This document shows, piece by piece, positions 19,868-29,004 of a stretch of DNA of 64,000 nt (position 1 is its first letter; each line of letters starts with the position of its first letter). This DNA comes from an uncultured Clostridia bacterium. GTDB lineage: Bacteria > Bacillota > Clostridia > Christensenellales > UBA1242. The position numbers were made by a program, and so were the translations under genes. The stretch lies in contig CANQWK010000001.1 in NCBI GenBank assembly GCA_947627545.1, forward strand, positions 15,473 through 79,472, read 5' to 3'. Under the pieces are notes generated by a model, which was not told the DNA's origin, did not search any database, and saw only the letters and a program-made list of their open reading frames with translations.

Positions 19868-20091
19868 AACGTTACCTTTTAATTTTTTAAAATTTTAATA
19901 TTTTTTATTTTAGAAATTCAAAGTTTAAAGAAATTATTTTTACAAAAACTAACAATTTTTACAAAAAATTTTTAAAAATTTGCATTTTTTGCTTTGTTTT
20001 TTTATTTTTTTAATAAAATTTAACTTATTTTTTAATTTTTTAAAATTTTTACAAATGACAAATTTAGCTTTATTGCCAATTTAAAATTTAA

Positions 20092-20883
20092 TTAAACACT
20101 GCGTTTTAAAAATTTTTTTATGCTCCCCAAAAAACCTCGATATTTATAAGTGCAATCAAACAATTTTTTTTCGCCTGTTATTATATTGTTTGTTAAAATT
20201 TCAAAGGCTCGGTTTACTGCAAATTTTTGATTGTTTATTGTTTGGCTTGTGTTGGTTATAACCCTGTCATCTTCTGGCACAACTCCGCCAAATTCTATAC
20301 CCAAAGTTTTGCCAATATCGTGTACATCAAACATTAGTTTATCTTGAATTAAATCTCCTCTCGCCCTATTTATTACAAAGCGTTTACTTGTTATGTTATA
20401 ACTTGTTAAAATTGTTATAACTTTGTCGGCATCTCTTAAACTAGATAGGTGTGGAGTGGTAACCACTAGTGCTTCTTCCGCACAACTTACCGCACGCTTA
20501 AACCCTGCATCTATACCTGCTGGGCAATCAATTAAAATATAATCGAAATTAAAATGCAATTCATTTATAACGCTTTTTATTTGAGATAATGTTATTGTTA
20601 GATTTTGATTAAGCCCACCGCTTGATAGCAAAAATAAAAGTGGATATGTGCCGTCTTGAACCAAGGCTTCTTTAAGCCTGCATTTATGTTCTATAACATC
20701 TAGCATATTATAAATAACTTTATCTTCCATGTTCAAAACAACATCTAAATTGTTTAAACCAATATCCATATCTATTAAACATACTCTATAATTTTTGCTT
20801 GCCAAATGCAAACCTAAATTGGCAGTTATTGTGGTTTTGCCCACCCCACCTTTACCTGAAGTTACAACAATCACTCTTGCCAT
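20092..20883 (-). CDS. minD: Septum site-determining ATPase MinD
   Basis: Deviant Walker A SGKGGVGKTT. Start refined to ATG 20883 (MARVIVVTSGKGG), which has GGAGG 4 nt upstream. Confidence 0.92.
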   Translation of the reverse strand: MARVIVVTSGKGGVGKTTITANLGLHLASKNYRVCLIDMDIGLNNLDVVLNMEDKVIYNMLDVIEHKCRLKEALVQDGTYPLLFLLSSGGLNQNLTITLSQIKSVINELHFNFDYILIDCPAGIDAGFKRAVSCAEEALVVTTPHLSSLRDADKVITILTSYNITSKRFVINRARGDLIQDKLMFDVHDIGKTLGIEFGGVVPEDDRVITNTSQTINNQKFAVNRAFEILTNNIITGEKKLFDCTYKYRGFLGSIKKFLKRSV

Positions 20884-21019
20884 ATTTCCTCCAATTGTTG
20901 CAACCAATTTAACATAAATAATTTTTAAATTATCATTAAAAAATTAAAAAAAATTGCAATTTTTTGCAATTTTTTATGTATTTTTAAAAAATTTTATAGT
21001 TTTTAAATTTAAATATGCT

Positions 21020-22015
21020 TTATAAATCAATTTTTAAAAATTCTTTATCGGTATTTAGCAATTTGCCTGCTCCTAAAATTACACAATCTTTTGTATCATC
21101 TGGAACAATAATTGGCATATCTAATTTCTTTTTTGCATATTCATACAAACCAGAAATTGAACTTGCCCCACCTACAAACATTACGCCTGTGTTAAACACG
21201 TCTGCTGAAATATTTTTATCTAGTTCATTCATAACTTTGTTAATTAATTCAAAAATTTTATCATAAATGCTTGAAATTGCCACTCGAACTTCATTTGCCG
21301 TAATGTTCTGCCTAACAAATTTATTGTTTTCATCTAAGCCTATAAATTCGGTTTTATATAAATCTCTTTCATAAAGCGAGGCAACTTCATTTTTAACTTC
21401 TTCACTTATATAATTAGAAACTGTTAAATTGTGATTATCTAATATGAAAGTTGTTAGGCTTTTATCCATATCTTCGCCGCCAATGAAATACATTCTGCCG
21501 AAATCGAAAGTTTTTTCACTTAAAACTGAAATATCTGTTATATATTTTCCAATATCTACAACCATTAAATGTGATAATGAATCTAATTCTAAATTTGCCC
21601 TAGCACATACGCTGTTTTGAACAAATGTTATTTTGTTTATGCCACAATTTAATAAAACCTTTTTTATTAATTTTAATTGTTCTTCATTTAAAGCACAAGG
21701 CACCGCAACTAAGGCGGTAAGGCGAGACAGCAAAAATTTGTCGGTAATAACTTTTTTAATTATGCTTGAAAGTAAAATTTGAGCCATTTTTTCATTAACA
21801 ATTTCGCTATTTTTTATTGGTTGATAAATATCAACCCCACTAGCCTTAGACATAAACAATTTTTCAGCCTCTTTACCAACTGCTTTTACCTTTTGTTTTC
21901 CGCTTGTTTCACTAACAGCCAAAAAGGCAGGCTCTTTTGCAACTATGCCAAAACCTTTTCTAAAAATTATTATTTCATTGCTTCCAAATTTTATTGCTAA
22001 ATCTACATTAAACAT
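21020..22015 (-). CDS. mreB: MreB/Mbl-family actin-like protein, divergent
   Basis: MreB-length protein with VVDIG...DISV and FVGGASSISGL...DCVILGAG motifs. The phosphate-1 motif (DLGT) reads KFGS and the phosphate-2 motif (DIGGGTT) reads DIGKYIT. Confidence 0.7.
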   Translation of the reverse strand: MFNVDLAIKFGSNEIIIFRKGFGIVAKEPAFLAVSETSGKQKVKAVGKEAEKLFMSKASGVDIYQPIKNSEIVNEKMAQILLSSIIKKVITDKFLLSRLTALVAVPCALNEEQLKLIKKVLLNCGINKITFVQNSVCARANLELDSLSHLMVVDIGKYITDISVLSEKTFDFGRMYFIGGEDMDKSLTTFILDNHNLTVSNYISEEVKNEVASLYERDLYKTEFIGLDENNKFVRQNITANEVRVAISSIYDKIFELINKVMNELDKNISADVFNTGVMFVGGASSISGLYEYAKKKLDMPIIVPDDTKDCVILGAGKLLNTDKEFLKIDL

Positions 22016-22033
22016 TTTTACCCCTTTTGTTTA

Positions 22034-23539
22034 TTATAAAATTTGCAAATTTTTTCCGTAAACTTTTCTAAAATCGCTTGCACAACTCATTGCTTGGCTA
22101 ATTTCCAGTGTTGCATCGCGTTCTACTTCTGTTTTTAGTATTACTGTATCGCCTAAAATGTCGCAAGTTATATCTTTAACTGAATTTGCGTTTGTTATAT
22201 TTAGCATGGTTGACATCTTTATTATAACTGCCATTTTTTTAATTGCGTCAATATCTTCATCTGAAACTAAATCTTTATACCTTACCCATTCAGATAAACT
22301 AAAGTCGTCTATATTTTGGCTTGCTGCCACAAACGCTGCCAAGACAATTTCTCTATGAGTTGCCCCATAAATGCCGCAATTTAAAATTACAGGAAAGTTG
22401 TTTTTAGTGTAATTTTCATAACCAATTCGTTTGCCTGCCATACACAAACTTGCCGCGATGCGAAGAACTTTTACATAAGGACGTGTTAATTTATGCAAAA
22501 CTTTTAATTGCTTATATAGAATTATAGCAATTGCATAATTGCTATCCGCATTCACATTTGTTGGATAAAACTCATTTATTGCACTTAAAGAATAGCCTAA
22601 GATATCTAACAAGGGCTTTTCGCCTGTTTGCCCTAGCAAAGTTTTTGCAACAATTCCATACATTTCGCCATTGGTTGAAACTTTAATGTTATTTCGCACA
22701 AATTCATTAAACGCAACCTTTGCTATTGCAAAACCAATTGCTAATAAATCTGCACGTTTTTCGGAAACGCCTTTTAGTTTTTTGGCTTTATCTAAGTCTA
22801 AGCCGCGAATTAATTTATAAACGCTTTTAAAATTATCTTCTGTTATTTCATAATTGTGTGCGTAATCTAGCGGATAATGTGTAGATTTTCTTGCAAGTTT
22901 ACCTAGTGCTTCAAACACCTCGCCCACGCCAATAAATTCGCTGTCGGCATCTAATGATTTAAGCCAATCTAATTTTTTTATTTCTTTTGTGATTAATTCT
23001 TCAACTTTATCCATACGCTTATCCATTGGATATTTTTCAACTTGTTCAAGCAAATTTACCATTCCATAAGGCAACGAAACGCTAGCATTAAGAACTCGGC
23101 GGTTGAATTTAATAATTTCGGTTGAATAATCTCCAATTTTTATTATTACGCCACGCGTCATAGCAAAAGAATATAGCACTGCGCTATGAAGAGCTGCCAT
23201 TTGTTCTTCATGGCTTAAAACTCTAAAATACAACGAAACAGTTTTATAAACTTCATCTAAAAACGCAATTTGATTTCTTGCCGTTGCAATAATAGGGTCG
23301 GCATAACAAATATGGCTATCAATTTTTTGTGCATCTACTATCTTTTTTAAGTTTTTAAGAATAGCGATTGTTTCTTGAATTCGAGATGGTTTAATGTAGC
23401 CATCTCTTGACATATCTTGAGTTATTTTAATAGGCTCTTTAATTTGCTCTTCTATTGAAAAGTAGCCGTTTTGAGTGTAATTATATATTGTCAATTTAAT
23501 ATCATTAATATCTAATTGAAAAACTGCTAATTTGTTCAT
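22034..23539 (-). CDS. Ppx/GppA phosphatase-family protein, divergent
   Basis: 501 aa with an ASKHA-like N-terminal half (IIKIGDYSTEII) and a helical HD-like C-terminal half, as in exopolyphosphatases. The N-terminal phosphate loop is degenerate. Confidence 0.55.
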   Translation of the reverse strand: MNKLAVFQLDINDIKLTIYNYTQNGYFSIEEQIKEPIKITQDMSRDGYIKPSRIQETIAILKNLKKIVDAQKIDSHICYADPIIATARNQIAFLDEVYKTVSLYFRVLSHEEQMAALHSAVLYSFAMTRGVIIKIGDYSTEIIKFNRRVLNASVSLPYGMVNLLEQVEKYPMDKRMDKVEELITKEIKKLDWLKSLDADSEFIGVGEVFEALGKLARKSTHYPLDYAHNYEITEDNFKSVYKLIRGLDLDKAKKLKGVSEKRADLLAIGFAIAKVAFNEFVRNNIKVSTNGEMYGIVAKTLLGQTGEKPLLDILGYSLSAINEFYPTNVNADSNYAIAIILYKQLKVLHKLTRPYVKVLRIAASLCMAGKRIGYENYTKNNFPVILNCGIYGATHREIVLAAFVAASQNIDDFSLSEWVRYKDLVSDEDIDAIKKMAVIIKMSTMLNITNANSVKDITCDILGDTVILKTEVERDATLEISQAMSCASDFRKVYGKNLQIL

Positions 23540-23805
23540 ATTTCTCCTTCTATCAATTTCTTTAGAATATAAGATAATAATATATTATATAGAAATTTGA
23601 TTAGCATATTTTTAGCACGAAATTTGAATATAGTCAATACTTTTTTTAAAAATTTTTTAAAATTTTTTTTGAAGATTTTTTTACAAAAAAATGGCTAAAT
23701 TTTGATTAAATTTTTTAAAAAATTAAATTATTCTTAAAAATTTTTTAAAAAGTTAAAAAATGACATAAAATTTACAGTTTTTTGCGAAATTTTATGCCTA
23801 TTTTT

Positions 23806-24504
23806 TTATTTTATAATTTTTTCTATATCGTCTTTAAAAATTTTAAAGCCGGAATTATCAAAGTCTGGGCAAGAAACAAATTTTAAATTTTGTTTTGTGG
23901 TTGGATGAACAAACGCTAGTTTATATGCCCATAAGCACAAATTGCCTTTATTGGTTTTATCGCCATATTTAAAATCTGCATATATGGGCATATTTAATTG
24001 TTTTGCCATTTGCACTCTTATTTGATGGCTACGACCTGTTATTAAATTAATGCTTAAAAGCGATTTGTTGTTTTTGCTTGCAATTAATTCATATTCCAAA
24101 ACTGCTTGTTTGCTGCCAAGTTGTGCCATTGGCACAATGCTAACAGTGTTTGTTTTTTCATCTTTCTTTAAATATGTTGTTAATTTATCTTTAGAATTTT
24201 TAGGTATTCCGTTTACTACGCACAAATAATTCTTTTTAAGTTGCTTATCTTTAATTTGTTCGGTTAATCTAGCCGCTGCTTTGCTTGTTTTTGCAAACAC
24301 CATTAATCCGCCTGTAACTCTATCTAGCCTATGAACCAAACCTATATAAACATTGCCTGGTTTATTGTCCCTTATTTTTATGTAATTTTTTATTATGTTT
24401 AGCATATCTTCATCTTTGCTAGAATCTTCTTGAACTGCTACATTGTAAGGCTTAACAATTACAATAATATGATTATCTTCATAAACAATGTTTAAATTTT
24501 GCAT
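23806..24504 (-). CDS. RluA-family pseudouridine synthase
   Basis: Catalytic HRLDRVTGGLMVFAKT motif. Start refined to ATG 24504 (MQNLNIVYED), which has AGGAG 5 nt upstream. No S4 domain. Confidence 0.88.
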   Translation of the reverse strand: MQNLNIVYEDNHIIVIVKPYNVAVQEDSSKDEDMLNIIKNYIKIRDNKPGNVYIGLVHRLDRVTGGLMVFAKTSKAAARLTEQIKDKQLKKNYLCVVNGIPKNSKDKLTTYLKKDEKTNTVSIVPMAQLGSKQAVLEYELIASKNNKSLLSINLITGRSHQIRVQMAKQLNMPIYADFKYGDKTNKGNLCLWAYKLAFVHPTTKQNLKFVSCPDFDNSGFKIFKDDIEKIIK

Positions 24505-24512
24505 AATTACTC

Positions 24513-25355
24513 CTAAAATATTTTTACCGCAGTACAACCGCATGGTAACACAATGCCTTCCTCCGCTGTGGGCAAGCCAATTTCGTAGCATTCAGTTTTT
24601 CCGCCTTTAATGGTTGAATTTAATATGTTTTGCATAACCGTAGGCTGTAAACCTGTTGTGTAACTATTAATTAAAACAAAAAGTGGATTTTTTGTTAAAA
24701 CCTTTGAGCATAACAACACAAAATTAAAAATATCGCTTTCAATTTTCCAAGTTTCTCCTTTGGGGCCTCTACCAAAAGAAGGAGGATCCATTATAATTGC
24801 ATCATATAAATTGCCTCGCCTAATTTCGCGTTCTAAAAATTTTACACAATCGTCCTGAATAAAACGAATTGAATTAACATTGTTTAATTCTGCATTTATT
24901 TTTGCTATGTCAATCATGCTTTTTGCTGAATCTACATGTGTAACTTTTGCACCGGCAACCGCACAAGCGACACTTGCCGCACCTGTATATGCAAACAAAT
25001 TTAAAACTTTAATTTCGCGCTTGCTGTTTTTTATTAAATCTGTCATTAAATCCCAATTAACTGCCTGCTCGGGAAACAAACAAATATGTTTAAAACTCAT
25101 AGGTTCTATATGAAATTTTAAGTTTTTTCGGCTAATTTCAAAAGATTTTTTAAAATTTTTGCTAAATTTCCACTCTCCTGACTTATTTTCAGTTCTTGTG
25201 TAACAGGCATCAACTTTTGTAGATAATTTTTTATTTGTGTTCCAAATAACTTGAGGGTCAGGCCGCAAAAAAGTAAAACCGCCAATTCGTTCTAACTTTT
25301 CTCCATTTGCAGTTTCTAAAACCTGATAATCTTTCCAATCTGTTGCAATTTTCAT
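24513..25355 (-). CDS. Class I SAM-dependent (rRNA) methyltransferase, RlmI/YwbD-like
   Basis: VLNLFAYTGAASVACA (SAM-binding motif I) and IIMDPPSFGRG (DPP motif IV). Confidence 0.85.
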   Translation of the reverse strand: MKIATDWKDYQVLETANGEKLERIGGFTFLRPDPQVIWNTNKKLSTKVDACYTRTENKSGEWKFSKNFKKSFEISRKNLKFHIEPMSFKHICLFPEQAVNWDLMTDLIKNSKREIKVLNLFAYTGAASVACAVAGAKVTHVDSAKSMIDIAKINAELNNVNSIRFIQDDCVKFLEREIRRGNLYDAIIMDPPSFGRGPKGETWKIESDIFNFVLLCSKVLTKNPLFVLINSYTTGLQPTVMQNILNSTIKGGKTECYEIGLPTAEEGIVLPCGCTAVKIF

Positions 25356-26074
25356 TAATACACATCCAAAATCTTTTTCATATCAATAATATCTGAATAA
25401 GAAATTATTGCAAGCGGTTTTGCAGTATCTTTGCCGTTTTTTGTTATTAATATAATGAGCAATTTTCGGTTGTTCTCAAAAAAATTCATGGCTTGGTCTA
25501 TTGTTAAATCGGCATCTGCCAACATAAAATAATAATCTTCCCCCATTTCATTCATTATTGAGCCAACTGTTGCATTATCTACATACTCTTGCAAATTTAC
25601 GCCGTCTGCAATTTTGTTGCCCAAAACCGCAACCAATTTTCTAGCATTTAAAATTCCTATTAAATTTTCGCCTTTATATGTTGGCAAATTAGAATATCCG
25701 CTTCGCGCAATAAGTTCTATTGCTTTGCCAATTTTCATATCGTCATTAATTGTTATAACTTCTTTTTTTCCAACTCTATCTATTGCTTTTGGTGGCTCGG
25801 CTATAAGGGCAGCCAATTTTTCTATTTTATCAACAATATCATCATGTGGCTCGGCAATAATAAACTTGTTGTTGCCTTGGTGAATAATTGCATTGCGAAG
25901 CCTACCAAAATCAATTAAATCTTCTTCATATTTTCTTACAACCGAATTTAAAACAACGCTACGCCTTACAACATCGCTAAATGACATACTTCTTTTAAAA
26001 TCGTAAATGGTACGCAAACTGTAATCAATTTGATTGTAAGCGGTTATAAACTTTTCAGCATTAGTTTTTTTCAT
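25355..26074 (-). CDS. CBS-pair protein with an N-terminal HEPN-like (Rx4H) domain
   Basis: Start refined to ATG 26074, with AGGAGA 4 nt upstream. The N-terminal ~100 aa contain GRLRNAIIH. The C-terminal ~130 aa form two CBS repeats (SGYSNLPTY..., LLIILITKNGK...AIISYSDII). Confidence 0.75.
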   Translation of the reverse strand: MKKTNAEKFITAYNQIDYSLRTIYDFKRSMSFSDVVRRSVVLNSVVRKYEEDLIDFGRLRNAIIHQGNNKFIIAEPHDDIVDKIEKLAALIAEPPKAIDRVGKKEVITINDDMKIGKAIELIARSGYSNLPTYKGENLIGILNARKLVAVLGNKIADGVNLQEYVDNATVGSIMNEMGEDYYFMLADADLTIDQAMNFFENNRKLLIILITKNGKDTAKPLAIISYSDIIDMKKILDVY

Positions 26075-26180
26075 AACTTCTCCTATAATAATTATAACAA
26101 AAAAATTTAATTTTACAAATGAAAAAGAGCAAGTTCTTATCATAAATTAGATAATTCTTGCTCAATTTAAAATATTTTTG

Positions 26181-26759
26181 TTAAACTTCAGCTTTTTTTA
26201 AATCTTTGTAAATTGTAGATTCCCTTGAAAATAAAATATATTCTCCTAAAATAGAACCGCCAATTAGCGAATATATGTAATATTCTAGGCTTGGATAATT
26301 GTAATTAACGCAAAAATCATCAATTCTAACTCTTTCGCCTTTATATCTATTTTGAAGTTTTCGTAATTCTTCTAATTTTTTTTGGAATAGTAATTTGCGA
26401 GAAAATGTTTTATCATCAAACTTGCTGCCAAAATTTTTTGTTAAAATTCCTTTTATTTTTTCGTGTGTAGCAATGTCGATAATTTTAAAAATTTTTTTGT
26501 CTATATTATAATTTACTCCATCAATTAAAATTAATCCTTTTGAAGATGGAGTAAAATATGATGTTAAATCTTTATCTAAATCGGCATTATTTAAGCCGTA
26601 ACTTTCAAACGCTTTGCATTTTTCTTTTATTATTGACGCATAATTATAGAACACATCTTGAAAAATATCGTCTAAACATTGTTCAAAATTAAAGGTATTA
26701 AAATTAAATTCAATATTGCCAGAATTAGTGTTTTGGTCAGGTCTATCTAAATTTTCCAT
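26181..26759 (-). CDS. Hypothetical protein (192 aa)
   Basis: Start refined to ATG 26759 (MENLDRPDQ), preceded by an AAAGAGGTG Shine-Dalgarno. No recognisable domain. Confidence 0.6.
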   Translation of the reverse strand: MENLDRPDQNTNSGNIEFNFNTFNFEQCLDDIFQDVFYNYASIIKEKCKAFESYGLNNADLDKDLTSYFTPSSKGLILIDGVNYNIDKKIFKIIDIATHEKIKGILTKNFGSKFDDKTFSRKLLFQKKLEELRKLQNRYKGERVRIDDFCVNYNYPSLEYYIYSLIGGSILGEYILFSRESTIYKDLKKAEV

Positions 26760-27020
26760 AACACACCTCTTTAATATAATAGCACATAAAATGCCGTTCG
26801 TCAATAGGCTTTTTTAAAATTTACAAGTAATTATTTTTTTAATTTTACTTTTTTACACAAAAAATTAAACTTTAAATTGCTTTTTATACTGTTTTTAAAA
26901 AAATTAAATTTAAATTGTGTTATGGAAAAAATTAATTTCATAGTGTTATATTAAAAATTTAAGTTTTAAACGCATTTTTTGCTAAAAAACAGCTATTTTT
27001 AAGAAAAATTTTAAAATTGG

Positions 27021-27048
27021 TTGATTTTTTTTAAAAATATGATATAAT
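27021..27048 (+). promoter_or_regulatory. Promoter of the SRP RNA gene
   Basis: TTGATT (27021-26), 16-nt spacer, TGA-TATAAT (27040-27048). Confidence 0.65.
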
Positions 27049-27052
27049 AAAA

Positions 27053-27328
27053 GCGAGTTGTACTAGGCGGGGAGCTAGCGGTGCCCTGTTACCCACAATC
27101 CGCTACAGTGGGGCTGAAAGCGTGCAGCGGGGCAAGATTGGTTGTGTTGAGTAGGCCAAATATATGTTGAAATTAAGGTCTTATACAATATTGCCCTACG
27201 AATCATGTCAGGGCCGGAAGGCAGCAGCATTAAGAAGGATACAATATGTGCTATAAGGTTGCTTTGATGGAGTGTTTTTGGTTTATGCCAGCAATTAACT
27301 TGTTTCAATGCAATGCGTGCAACTTACC
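27053..27328 (+). ncRNA. ffs: Signal recognition particle RNA, long Bacillus type (~275 nt)
   Basis: Domain IV motif GTCAGGGCCGGAAGGCAGCAGC lies at 27207-27228. The 5' end (27055-27063) pairs with the 3' end (27317-27325). The region is GC-rich in an AT-rich spacer and is flanked by a promoter and a terminator. Confidence 0.88.
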
Positions 27329-27330
27329 AA

Positions 27331-27356
27331 AAAAGGGCGTTTAGCCCTGTTTTTTT
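27331..27356 (+). terminator. Terminator of the SRP RNA gene
   Basis: AGGGC-gttta-GCCCT followed by a T7 run. Confidence 0.6.
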
Positions 27357-27507
27357 ATATTATTAAACAATTTATTAATAATTAAATTTAACGCATTTTT
27401 ATTTAAAGTAAGAAAACATAAAATATTCTTTTAAAAATTAGAAAAAACATTTTTTGTTTAAAATATTAATTATTTTTTATAAATAAAGATTATAATAAAT
27501 TTTTGAT

Positions 27508-28839
27508 TTAATCTTCGGTATATTCTGGTTTAATAACCGTAAATTTTTCGGCATATTTTTTACACAACATCCTTATAAAGAAAATTGTTGAACCTATCAC
27601 TAATGGAAGTGAAATTGCTAAATAGGTTAAAATTGAATAGCCATAATTATCTTTAAACAGACTTAATAATGCCGAGAAAATTGCCGTCATTATTGCATAC
27701 CCTAAATATTGAACAACGGTAGTCATTGCATATAGCCGTTCTAAATCCTTTTTAGGCATACATACTTGTGTATAGTTCGTTACAAATATAAAGTTTGGCG
27801 GCCTTAGCGAGCATTGAATACAAGATGAAATTATAATTATAATTAAACTTATTGTGCTAAACGGAGAAATTATAAACATTAATCCATTAATTAATAAAGT
27901 TAAAACTGATAAAACATTAAAAATTATTAAGCATCTTACACCAAACTTAAGGTTGAACTTAAATTGATATTTATTTGAAAGTGCAACACAAATTTTCATA
28001 ATTCCATAAATAGCGCCAAACGCCCAAATTGGAAGAGCATTAAGTTCGGTTGCTTCTTGCAAATAAATTTTAAACGCACCGGTATCAATTGAAACCACAC
28101 CTCTAAACATAAACGAATAAAGCAGAATGCTTATAACAAAAGATGAAGTTAAAAGTTTTAAGTAAGAACTTGTATATTTCCTTTTTTTAGGTTTTGGTGT
28201 TTCAGTTTCTTTTGACTGATTATTTGCAGAAATATCTACATTTTTTTCTTGAAATTTTGCTGGTTCTTTAATTAAAAATGAATATAATTCACCAAGCATA
28301 ATTATGGCAAAAGAAATCCAAAAAGTTAAATAAGGGTTATAATTGTAAATTGATGTTACAAACACTGCCCCAATTGCCTCCGCTGCGTAAGCATAACTTA
28401 ACCCTTTACCATAAATTCTATTATAGTCTTTATCTCGCTTGACAACAGACAAACTATCGGTTAGCAATGACGGACCTTTAACTGCTACAACACAATAACC
28501 AAAAGCCACAAACATATAACCCACTGCAATTACAAAATAGTTTGTTCCAAAAATACATAAAAGCAAAAATGCGGCATATCCAAGCAAAGCTATTCTTAAC
28601 GATTTTATTGGAGATACTTTTGCAAATAATTTTGTTATAGGAATGCACATTATGCAGCCAGAGAACATAAGTACAGATTCTAGCGACATAATTTGAGCGT
28701 AAGACAACCCTTTTTGATTATTAAAGAACATTGTTGTTATGGTAAATACAAACAAAACATCCCAAATTACAGCCAAAAAAGGCGGATAAAGTTTGATGTT
28801 TCGGTTCATATATTTTTCTTTGCGTTGCTCATTTGTCAT
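27508..28839 (-). CDS. Polytopic transporter, MFS-like
   Basis: 443 aa with ~12 predicted TM helices in a 6+6 arrangement, split by a charged central loop (KETETPKPKKRKY). No substrate assignment is possible. Confidence 0.55.
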   Translation of the reverse strand: MTNEQRKEKYMNRNIKLYPPFLAVIWDVLFVFTITTMFFNNQKGLSYAQIMSLESVLMFSGCIMCIPITKLFAKVSPIKSLRIALLGYAAFLLLCIFGTNYFVIAVGYMFVAFGYCVVAVKGPSLLTDSLSVVKRDKDYNRIYGKGLSYAYAAEAIGAVFVTSIYNYNPYLTFWISFAIIMLGELYSFLIKEPAKFQEKNVDISANNQSKETETPKPKKRKYTSSYLKLLTSSFVISILLYSFMFRGVVSIDTGAFKIYLQEATELNALPIWAFGAIYGIMKICVALSNKYQFKFNLKFGVRCLIIFNVLSVLTLLINGLMFIISPFSTISLIIIIISSCIQCSLRPPNFIFVTNYTQVCMPKKDLERLYAMTTVVQYLGYAIMTAIFSALLSLFKDNYGYSILTYLAISLPLVIGSTIFFIRMLCKKYAEKFTVIKPEYTED

Positions 28840-28973
28840 AAAAATATTTTATAAAAAAATGATAAAAAAGCAAACTTTTTTATACATTTTTAAAATTTTT
28901 AACAATATTTTTAAAAAAATTAAGCAAAAAATAATATTTTTTTCATTTAAACATAAAAAAATTGAATAAAACA

Positions 28974-28997
28974 AAAAACCGCTTACAAGCGGTTTTT
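28974..28997. terminator. Rho-independent terminator downstream of polA
   Basis: AAAAACCGC-ttacaa-GCGGTTTTT. The flanking A and T tracts allow it to act in both directions. Confidence 0.75.
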
Positions 28998-29004
28998 ATA
29001 GGCA

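Noticed and set aside
27075-27308. 77-aa minus-strand ORF in the 26.8-27.5 kb spacer
   Set aside because: It lies entirely within the SRP RNA gene, whose domain IV motif and terminal helix are present on the plus strand. The GC-rich RNA sequence creates a spurious open frame.
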